From: Takakia lepidozioides | Lineage: Eukaryota; Plantae; Bryophyta | Length of the DNA stretch: 64,000 nt | NCBI GenBank assembly: GCA_030704615.1 | Contig: CM060731.1 | Location: forward strand, 81,530,001 to 81,594,000 | Direction: 5' to 3' | Shown: in pieces, positions 38,993 to 49,200 of the stretch | Position numbering within the stretch: the stretch's first letter is position 1 | How the letters are laid out: every line of letters begins with the position of its first letter | The notes under the pieces: generated by a model | What the model was told of the DNA's origin: nothing | What the model saw: the letters and a program-made list of their open reading frames with translations, nothing else | Databases searched by the model: none | Translations under genes and position numbers: made by a program

Positions 38993-39137
38993 GTGCATGT
39001 TGTGTGGGTCTGCTAGAGGGGCAGCCACCATGCTGGTGTGTGATCGATGCTCTAGAGGCTGGCATATGGGATGTTTGACTCCACCTCTTGAGATGGTTCA
39101 TGATGGGGATTGGTTATGTCCGCATTGCATTGGATAG
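38993..39137 (+). other. PHD finger at integrase C-terminus
   Basis: CMLCGSARGAATMLVCDRCSRGWHMGCLTPPLEMVHDGDWLCPHC is a C4HC3 pattern. Confidence 0.92.
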
Positions 39138-39919
39138 TGGGAGTGGATACAACCATGGAAGGCTAACAAGAAATGCAAGGCCAAGCTACTAGGAGACCTT
39201 GAACACACGAGATCCTGGCTCAAGTTCACAGATTGCAAGACGGCGACTAACGATGGGGCTACTCTTGTACCCGGCCTCTTGGTCTATAGAGTTTGAGTAC
39301 AATAGGGACAGTGATAGAGGACTTAGTACGGCTGTGGCTATTACATCTTGTAGCTATCTGGAGTTAGAGGGACCTATCCACCAGCTAGGGGGCGATTGTG
39401 GCAGACTACTTTATTGTGCATATATGCGTGGTGTGGTTTGGACAACGATGTAGTTGTGTAGCGATATGTATGTGCACGACAGCTGTCAAGTTAAATAAAC
39501 ACAGTGTGAAACTAACTAGAATAAAGCTAGTTATTTATATTTAACACTTGGATTTAGTTCAAGTGTTAAGTCAGGTGTCAAGTTTAGTTTGACACCTGAA
39601 CCGTCTTATCTTCACGAGAGCGTCAGTCGTGCGGCTCATATCTCTCGAGTTGAGCCTGCACGACCGAGCTCCTTCACCGTTCAGAACCTGAGTGTGCTTA
39701 TGAAGGGAGGATAGGTTGTTGTGGGGTGGAGTCCCCATAGCTTGGGGTGCCCCTGGCTTGACTAATATTTTAAAGAGTGATGGTGTTGTGTTTTGTGTTT
39801 CTCTTGTTATTTGAGTTTAGTCCTTTCTTATCATTGTGGCAGACTACTTTATTGTGCATATATGCGTGGTGTGGTTTGGACAGCGATGTAGTTGTGTAGC
39901 GATATGTATGCGCACGACA

Positions 39920-42180
39920 TCGACATGTCGGTGTCGGAGTCGAGACACATTTCCTGCACATGCACATGTTGAGGTTACAAACAAATTACAAATAATGAGT
40001 AGCATAATATTCAACGAGACGCGAATTCGTCCAACTCACCTCCCGCATATAGTCGCCGAACTGGAGGAAACGATAATGCCACCATGCTAGCCAACTGACC
40101 ATTGCTCCCTCGTCTGATTTCTTTACAGCACCTGACGTTGTCCACCAAGCCCGTATACATGCAAACTGTGTCTCTGCATCATCCAAGGTGGGAGCATGCT
40201 TCCACGCAAGACACATGGAATGGTGCTCATCTATGAAATCTGGCGCCACAAGCCTGGTTGTGTACTGCGACAAGCTCTGTAGAAAATGGAACCCACAAGA
40301 TCTCTCCTTGCCTTTCATGGGAACATTGGGGTCTTCCCTGTACACCCTTCGGATGGCAGCCCAATTTGCTTGTGCGTTGTCCGCCATGAAACCTCGGAAA
40401 TTGGGAAGGGCAATCCTGCCCTGGCTATCTGTTTCGTTTATTGTTTCCCTGCCAAAGAAGCATCTCCGATTGGTGTGTCCTCTCCTTTCATTTCACAAAT
40501 AGCATTGCATTAAGCATCCTACAGTGGGTGGTCGTAGACATTGCACCCATTGTCACCCACCACTGGTGATTTGTAAGTTCGCGTTGATATGGTCGATACA
40601 TGTGATACCCAACACGTGTTTGTACAAGAGTCCTTAACTACTCGTCATCCGGACATTGGAATCAGGCCATTCGACGGCACCGCTCAGAGTTCGCCTTGTC
40701 CCACACGCGGTACATTTTGAATACGAAACAACGATCTGCCTCAGTTCCTTGTCCTGACAACCTACTTCCTTGAATGTAGTCATAGCTTCACATCGTCGCT
40801 CGCTTCACCTCCAGAGGTGGAATGCATATCCGATGCCCGCTCGCCAATTCGCTGTTTGCAGGAGACAATATGGTTTCGACATGCGCTGAACCACAGACGG
40901 TGGGACCTGACTCCATCACCAGGCAGCCACTCCATTTCCCTTCTCACTCGAGAGGAACTCTTCTTGCTCTTCCATCAGTCCTTCTAGGCTGGCCTCATGG
41001 CTATCTTTGTATTGGTCGGCCTGCAGCTGGAGCGAGGGGGGTTTGGGCCACGCCACGTCGTCAACGCACCGCCTCCGTGCCACGAGCTGCACTGCTGTGG
41101 GGGCATCCCTCCATCCCGCGAGTTCTCCCCTCGCCAATGCATTGCGTTGGTGCTACGCTTGCGGAAAACGCACGTGTTTGCAAGCGCGGGCATGGGCAGG
41201 AAACAGTGCAACACATAGGCAACGTTCCTTGGCCCCATTACAAACAGACATCCGACAATGTGGGTGGTTCGTTAGTGCAATGCCCGAACAACTTGAAATG
41301 TGTGGAGTTTTGGTGACCTTGTGCTCCTGAGTCTGTTGAGTCAAATGGTGTGAATTTTGCTGTGCCTGTCTTCATACCGTTCCTCGTTTCCTGTGACCTC
41401 TGGTTTGTAAGTGGAAGCGTTGGGAGGAAACACCTGTGCAACGCTGCCCCCGCACAACAACGTAGCGCACCCGCACACATCGAGCATCTTCATTCTGGTG
41501 GTTTGGTGACTCAACCAAGGATAACCGTCATGTTTCCTATCCATATCTGTCAACATTCCGACGCCCTGGAATAGTCCGTTCGAGAAGGAACTCAAAGAAG
41601 ATATTACCGTCGACGTCTGCGGGAAGGCATGTAACGGATTTTAATTGCAACTTGCTGTAGTCCAGCCCAGCCAGCTCGAGCGTTGTCCTCCATGTGAAGC
41701 CCTCGCAGAATTTCAAGAATGGATCGAATTGCCGAGCTCGTGTTGGGAATATGACTCCCTCGTCCGCTGATGTCCATTGAGGACTTGCCTGATCTCCAGG
41801 ATGATCTCGGAACTTCCATGACCCTCGTCTGAGTCGGACAGGTTTGAACAACCCGGTTCTCGCTCATTCTTCATTGATGGGGTCGGCTCTGGATTTACTT
41901 CGTTGCGGACTTCTCTCTTTGAGGTACCCAGTCTCTGATTCGCGGATTGTTTCCGTAAAGGCGCCAGGATAGAAGGCATTTGGCGGGCAAATGAAGTCCC
42001 CACAGCCCTGTATATGACGCTGTCCAATGGTGGAACTCGCCATTCCCTGCCGTCGCCGAAATCATCGTGGAGCACAACAATACTTTTGACTACAACTCCG
42101 TTTGAATCCTTCCTTTCCTCCTCCAAAAATACCGACCCCGGTTTCAGGCGGTATCGAACGCAGAGATATTTCTCCATCAC
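39920..42180 (-). pseudogene. MULE-like transposase, N-terminal and DDE core segment, frameshifted, with an intron near 39955-40043
   Basis: FRGFMADNAQANWAAIRRVY (second catalytic D) and ERSCGFHFLQS (CxxH motif of Mutator transposases); GT..AG intron before EMCLDSDTDM. Confidence 0.75.
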
Positions 42181-43422
42181 CCGGCAGATGTTCCCCTTGC
42201 ACGAAATGTAGCTCTATGCTTGTGAGGAGGGCAGTACACTATAGCGCTCGGGTTTTCTTCCATGGGAGATGTGCACACATGACTGCCAGGATGGCGTTCG
42301 GGCAAGCGCCCTGGGAAAAGGGGATGCAGCGGGGAAGGAATGCAGGGCCGATTTGTTCCGAGCGGCGAAGCCTATTCACGAATCCGGGAGCCCACTATCC
42401 CAAAAATCCACTGTCAGAGTGTAATGAACCTTGTCTCCGGAATGCGGCCCCTGGCCCTTTGCGCAATAACTGCCAACGGTATGCAGTCAGAAGGTATATG
42501 ATCAGTGCAGATGCGCTGCGCAAACCAATAATTTTGTCGGCTGACAAGAAGCGTGGGGGGCAAGCGTGCAAGCACCTTCCCCATGGACAGAGGGAACTGA
42601 CAGAGGTGGAATTCCAGTGGGTCTGATTGCAAGATTGAGTGCCAGACCCTCGCTGCCAAAAGTCAACATTCAACAAAATGCAACATTGCACAAAAAGTAG
42701 AACTTTGGTTCAAAGGAGACATTTTTATTAATAATGACTGTGACAGTATGCATGCCCTCACAAACCGAAGGAAGCAAAAATATGCATGCAATCCATGCTC
42801 AGGTAAGTTGGAATTTGCTCCTGTGTTGCACTATTCTCACAAGACTGGAACCTCGATTGGCCTCTCAACAAGCTCATGACTGACAGGGTGTCGGTAGGTG
42901 AAGACAATGGATGCAGCCCATTCGCCTTTGGTGTGGTGGACAACGGTGTCATGTCCTCTGTTATATGCACCATCGTAAATCGAGACCTTTGCTGTGGAGA
43001 CTCTGTGTCCATAGGACTCATCCTCGTAGCTTATGAGAATGTCCCCATACACTGTTTGGGATGGAATCCTCTCTGGCATGTACGTACACCTGATGCAATC
43101 CTCGTAGGCCCACTGGCAGCACCTCCAATGATGTAGTAAGGCCCTGCGGCTTTTGGGGATGTTCCATGTAGGCGGATATTGCAGATCAACGATTCGCAGG
43201 CACCAAAGCCGCGCAAGCCCGTCCCCGCGAGGCTGATCGTGGAAGCCAGGAAGGTACTCAAGAGCGGACTGGTGCACCCTCCTCTGCTGAGAGTGGTCTA
43301 TCCAATCCTACAGGTATATGAAGATATCCCCTGACTTGGGCGAGAAGTCCCACGGGGTGAGATGCTTGTTTGGGCAGTTGCTGGAATCCCGGCACACCAT
43401 CCGACTATTGAGAACATCCCCC

Positions 43423-44205
43423 GGATGGAAAAACTGCGCCGAATTTCAATCCGGGGCCGGTCGGATGAAGTCCTCTCGGGGGGAGAGGCCGACACCTGGC
43501 CGACATAGATCATCCCCAGGATGGAAAAACGGCGCCGAATTTCTATCCGAGGGTGCACGGATGGAGTCGTCTCGGGGGAAGAGGTCGACACCTGGCCGAC
43601 AAATAAAATCCCTCGGATGGAAAAACGGTGCCGAATTTCCATCCGAGGCCGCACGGATGGAGTCGTCTCGGGGGGAGAGGCCGACACCTGGCCGACAAAG
43701 AACATCCCTCGGATGGAGAAACGGCGCCGAATATCCATCCGAGGCCATTCGGATGAAGTCGTCTCGGGGGGAGAGGCCGACACCTGGCCGACATAGATCA
43801 TCCCCCGGATGGAAAAATGACGCCGAATTTCCATCCGAGGCCCGTTGGATGAAGTCGTCTCGGGGGGAGGGCCGACACCTGGCCGACAAAGAACATCCCC
43901 CGGATGGAAAACAACACCGAATTTCCATCCGTGGCCGCACAGATGGAGTCGTCTCGGGGGGAGAGGCCGACACCTGGCCGACAGAAAACATCCCCCGGAT
44001 GGAAAATTGGCGCCGAATATCCATCTGAGGCCGTTCGGATGAAGTCGTCTCGGGGAAGAGGCCGACACCTGGCCGATAGAAATATCCCCCGGATGGAAAA
44101 ACGGCGCCGAATTTCCATCCGAGGCCGCCCGGATGAAGTCGTCTCGGGGGGATAGGTCGACAGATATCATCTGCAGGATGGAAAAACGGCGCCGAATATC
44201 CATCC
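43423..44205. repeat. tandem array of ~96-bp units, nine copies of a 30-bp near-palindrome
   Basis: GGATGGAAAAACGGCGCCGAATTTCCATCC at about 43423, 43519, 43615, 43711, 43807, 43902, 43997, 44091 and 44176. Confidence 0.9.
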
Positions 44206-44402
44206 GTATCGACCCTTCATCAACAATTTTTTCAGTCGTTCGTTGCATCAAGTTTTTCGCGTTTTTTGGTCTAAACAGACACTAAACTTAGAGTTTTTTG
44301 CGTGCAGGCCACTTCTTGGCACGTTATTCCCACCATTGTCGTCCGCTAGAGACAAATTCGGTGCCGGTTATCCATCCATGAGGTGAACCGAATTTTCCTG
44401 CA

Positions 44403-45030
44403 GGATGGAAATTCGGCGCCGGTTTTCCATCTTGCCGCCCTCCCGCTTACCTCCTAGATGGAAATTCGTCGCCGGTTTTCCATCCGGCCGCGCTCCCGCT
44501 TACCTACTCGATGGAAATTCGGCGCTGGTTTTCCATCCGGCCGTGCTCCGGTTTACTTGCAGGATGGAAATTCGGCGCCGGTTTTCCATCCGCCCGCTCT
44601 TCCGCTTACCTGCAGGATGGAAATTCGGCGCCGTTTTTCCATCCGGGGGATATTCTCTGTCGGCCAGGTGTCGGCCTCTCCCCCCGAGACGACTTCATCC
44701 GACCGGCCCCGGATGGAAATTCGGCGCCATTTTTCCATCCGGGGGATGTTCTCTGTCGGCCAGGTGTCGGCCTCTCCCCCCGAGACGACTTCATCCGACC
44801 GGCCCGGGATGGAAATTCAGCGCCGTTTTTCCATCCGGGGGATGTTATCTGTCGGCCAGGTTTCGGCCTCTCCCCCCGAGATGACTTCATCCGTTCGGCC
44901 TCGGATGGAAATTCGGCGCCGTTTTTCCTCCCGCTTACCTGCTGGATGGAAATTCGGCGCCGGTTTTCCATCCTGCAGCGCTCCGGTTTACCTGCAGGAT
45001 GGAAATTCGTCGCTGATTTTCCATCCGATG
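44403..45030. repeat. oppositely oriented array of the same palindrome (53-bp and 96-bp units)
   Basis: GGATGGAAATTCGGCGCCG(G/T)TTTTCCATCC about ten times; the 96-bp units are the reverse complement of the left array. Confidence 0.9.
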
Positions 45031-45613
45031 GCTCTTGGATGAGAACGTCTCGGGCGGAGGGAGGGCCACGTTGCGTCCTACTGGTGAATGATGAATTCTC
45101 GGGGGGGGGGCTGTGGCCGACCTCCATAACATTTAAGGGCGCAGTTGCGCATTAAATGTCCTCCGCCGTCAGTTTTGAACCGGATGTTCCGCACGGATTC
45201 CGCGCGTGCTTCCCGGATACGCCTTCGACACCTGATGTGACAGGTGGATGAAGTTCCACTCGAGGCCTATACGCACACATTCTGCGGGTGATTTTTTCTT
45301 TTACTGGGACTTGTGCCGCGTGGAGAAAGGCGTGGCTCTCCTGAGAGAAACCCCACATCCAGACCGCGGCGCAAACTGAAGGCTTTGTACTACGGGCGGC
45401 GTCCAACCTCTCTGGCCAAACTGAAGCTCCAGCAGGAGATCCCATTGTCTTGCTCACAGCCCGCGCCAACTAAAGCCGAGCATTCTCAGACAAGCCCCTT
45501 TCTCTTTCGCTTTGTGTAACATGTGCGGTCGTCTTCACTTTGTTTTGTTTGTTTTGGCATCTTCAGCCTGGCAGCCCTGGAAGTGTATGGTTGCATTGCA
45601 AAAGCAGGAGTTG

Positions 45614-45772
45614 TTGAGAAGAATGATGAAGGTCAGAGGGGTTAGAAAGGAGCCAGGTCGTTGCTGCATTGAGATTTGCAACAGGGTGCACACCTCGCTG
45701 TAGATGACAGGTTGCATCCCAAAATTAAGGAAATCCATGCTGAGCTGAGAAGATTGTCTGGGCAGATGAAGT
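45614..45772 (+). pseudogene. fragment of PLS-class PPR protein E/E+ domain
   Basis: MMKVRGVRKEPGRCCIEICNRVHT / VDDRLHPKIKEIHAELRRLSGQMK, with a frameshift. Confidence 0.8.
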
Positions 45773-46291
45773 GTCTTCAAAACATTTCACCCTGTTTTCC
45801 CGTCTTATCGAAATCGTCCTTAAATTTTCATGTTGATTTCTGTAAGTTACTGGTTGAGTGAACCTTTGATAGTTTGCAATGCGTGTGCAAAGCCGGCAGC
45901 TTTGGAGAAGGCTGCTTCTGCATGTGATTGTTAGGCATTACTTGGGTTTGTTTTCATTGTTGTTCCACGATTGTTGCGATGGTGGTTGCGATGGTGGTTT
46001 TCATTGTGATGGTAGTTCTCACGATTGTTGGGGATGACAAAGTGAAGACGAGCACGACACGTTGGTGGTATCATCGACAGCTCCAACTGCTCGAGCAGTC
46101 ACTCCAAAAGCCGCTAGTCATCAATCGCAGTCGGAGAGTCGTCGGCAACAGACGTCGGAGCTGGTGCTTCGCATGTTTGGATCGCCCAACTTGGGGCGGG
46201 CAAACAAAATCTTGCTCCTTTTGTTGGTGGACGGGAGGACTTGCAACGAGAGTACGCCAGAATAGGCATTCGGGAGGTTGGTGCAGGCGGC

Positions 46292-49200
46292 ATGGCAGGT
46301 GAAGGGCGTCGGATGAGGACAACAGATCCGGCAATGGAGGAAGCTGATGCACATGCAGTAGGGCCCGCCCACGCAAAGAAGAAGAAGAAAGCCAAGCACA
46401 TGCAATCCCCGGCGAGAGAGCCGTCACAGGCTGCGGAGGGGGGAGTGAGCAGGGCGCGTGAGGGTGTCAGTTCGCCTCAATCAAAGGTGGTCGTCCTGGA
46501 GGCCTCCCCTGCTGCTACCCCTAGTAAGAAACAAAAGGCCCGTGAGAGGGCAAAAGAGAGGGCAAAAGAACAGGTGAGACAGAAGGCTAGTCAGGAGGCA
46601 AGAGAAAAGGCCACTGAAGAGGCCAGGGGTGTCGAAATGACAGATGCCCATGCAAGCGAGGGACGCACAGAGACGGTGGATCCCACCAAGACACCAGAAA
46701 TAGGCAGTAACACACCGGTTTCATCCTTACCGGTTACAGCATCGCGGGTGGGAGCAGCCCCCGCAATTACACATACGGTGGAGAGTGGAGGAGGGGAAAG
46801 AACACCACAAAGTGCACGGATTGTGGGAGTTCGAGGTGAAGCCGGGGAGAGGGCAGTAGAGACGGGGAGAGTGCTCAAGGTGCTTCTGCCGGTGGTTGAC
46901 CATGTTGAGGACGACAAGATGGAGCTTTCTGACCAGGATGACATCCTCCCGGACATCCCCAGGCCCCAAACCCGGAGCATACAGGCTGGATTTGGCGGTC
47001 CTGGTGGGCTGCCGGAGAACCCCCCTGCAACAGACGTCATGTCGGAGGCGGATATGAAGTTGGCCGCTGCCAAGATGTTGGAGGCAACCCACAGCAACAT
47101 TGGCAGGGTCCTGGGGGGCATGGTGTACCCGGCCAAGCTTCGGATTCCCCTTTGCCGCTTGGTTTCATTGCAGGTGGTGAGACCTACCCTCCCAGGCTGA
47201 AATTCTCTTTCCGGGAGGGATATTGAATGGGGTCTGCCGCGTTTTGCGTTTCCATTGATAACGACCACGGAGCTTCTCGTGCCCACACTTCCGATGAGGT
47301 GGACAAATGGGGTCCCCATTGGCAAAGGCGAAATGAGGAGTTCGAGAGATTGATTGCTACTGATCCTCTTTTCCAGCACTTGTCCGGAAAGATGTTTTAC
47401 GTGTGGGACGACAATCATCGCCTCCTGGCATGGATGGAGTACATAGCCAAAGCCCACCCCAACGACCTGGATTGGCATTTCGCCGTGGAGTGTGTTGTGC
47501 TGAAGGTTGCGGGGCCCAAAGATCGCAGTCTTTTCAAAGCTGCAATGGCAGACATCAACTCGTAAGTTACAATGCCTCTTGCTTTGGAACTTTGAATTTG
47601 AAACAGTCATTTCATTGCCAATCGTCATATTTGTTGCAAATTCTCATTTCAGTATTGTTTAATGGAAATGTGGCATTGCAGGGTGACTGAGAATGCCTTC
47701 ATTGCCACCAACTTGTCCCATATGCTCTTCCGAGTGAAGGATGTCGGGAAGCAGGGGGTGCAAGAGTTTGCCAATTCGCTCAGTGCCAACCTCCTGCGCA
47801 AGTCGGAGGCAAAGGCAGACAGAACCTAGTATAGGCTGAACATGGACGCGATGGTGGACTACATATTTCGGGTAAAGCTCCTGACTGTTTTGTTCAGCTT
47901 ATCTGTCTCCCCTCCCCCAATAGAAGAAAAAGTGTTGACCAGGATTTCTAATCTTATGTGCGCATTCTTGACAAACCAAAATTCAGCAGGATTTGGCACA
48001 TGCGCGGAGGTTCTATATGGAGTCAGAGGAGAAGAAACTAACCCTCCTGGCACTGGAATCGTATCTCAAAGCTGCGGAGGCGAAGGCCCGCATAAAGTAC
48101 AAGTCGCGGATGGTACAGTACGTAGCTATAGCTGATCCCGCCCTTGGTGCCGACTTTCTGGTGGAGGTGGGGAAGCACTACTCCCGCACTCTGAAGCCCA
48201 CGATGACATTGGAGAAACTGCATCGTCTAGCCACATCCTGTGTGGATGCAACAGAAAAGGTCGTACATTCTTAACCAAATTGTCGTGGCAACAATTCGTT
48301 TTTGTGGTGTTTGGCGCTTACTAATATGCTGGGTGGTTGGACAGACCCGGTGGCTCCAAATCTGGAATGGTTCCCAAAGTACAAGGGACATGTGGAGCTT
48401 CCCCAAACCCGACAAACTGTCTGACCCCACATTCGACATGTGGATGAACCGCATGACATGGTGGTTTCAGGTACTTTCCCACGCTTCATTTGCCAGTTCT
48501 ACGCTTGTACCGGGTGGATTTACTGTATTTGTTGAGGAAAGCAGTCTGATGGAGAATTTGCGCAGGTGACGACGAATGCGCAAGAACAGCTTGACACACA
48601 AGCACATCAGTTCAAGCTGGAGATTTCTGGTGAAGCAGAGAGCCTACGCGACTATGTGACGAGGTACTTTCTGCTCTACAAAACCGACCTATTCTTTCGA
48701 GAGATACCCCATGCCCGCCAGAGCCACGAGTTCACCGATCAGCCAAACGCGGACAAAGCGGCAATGCGCCTTCTGTACAGGTACATACGCGATGCCTTTC
48801 TTTTTAGTCCCTACATTTCCAGGATGTAAGAGGCCTTATGTGGCGCTTGAAAATTAGTTGTGAAGAAGTCCTTGGAAAAATGGCGCCGAATTTCCAGTTC
48901 AGGGCCCCGAAAATGGCTAAGTCCCTGGGGTGGCTGGCACTGAAATTGGAAATTCGGCGCCATTTTTCCAGTTCCGGGCCCAGTCAGTTATGGGACTTAG
49001 CCATTTTCGGCCCTAACCTAGGAAAATGGCGCCAAATTTCCAGTTCAGGGCCCCAAAAATGGCTAAGTCCCTGGGGTGGCTGGCACCGAAACTGGAAATT
49101 CGGCGCCATTTTTCCAGTTCCGGGCCCAGTCAGTTATGGGACTTAGCCATTTTCGGCCCCAACCTGGGAAAATGGCGCCGAATTTCCAGTTCAGGGCCCC

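Larger units (their letters stand above)
22133..39919 (+). mobile_element. Ty3/gypsy-like retroelement with permuted termini, DNMT and PHD; near full-length decayed copy 2 (contains nested chromovirus)
   Basis: Starts TGTCAAATTAAATAAAC (B start) at 22133 and ends CACGACA at 39919. TSD TCGG/TCGA has one mismatch. 3' A 39397-39481, B 39484-39833, A 39835-39919; PPT 39387-39395. The rest of the 5' B is inverted at 22341-22650. Confidence 0.85.

Noticed and set aside
39484-39833. Hammerhead ribozyme (retrozyme) in repeat B
   Set aside because: No CTGANGA...GAAA core with suitable stems was found on either strand by eye.
13800-39919. A single 26-kb element bounded by inverted terminal repeats
   Set aside because: The outer flanks share no TSD. 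Two separate insertions each have their own TSD and restore the transposase frame.
43423-45030. CRISPR array, or real proteins from the long ORFs here
   Set aside because: The spacers are near-identical rather than unique, there are no cas genes, and the context is eukaryotic. The ORFs are by-products of stop-poor repeats that shift frame.
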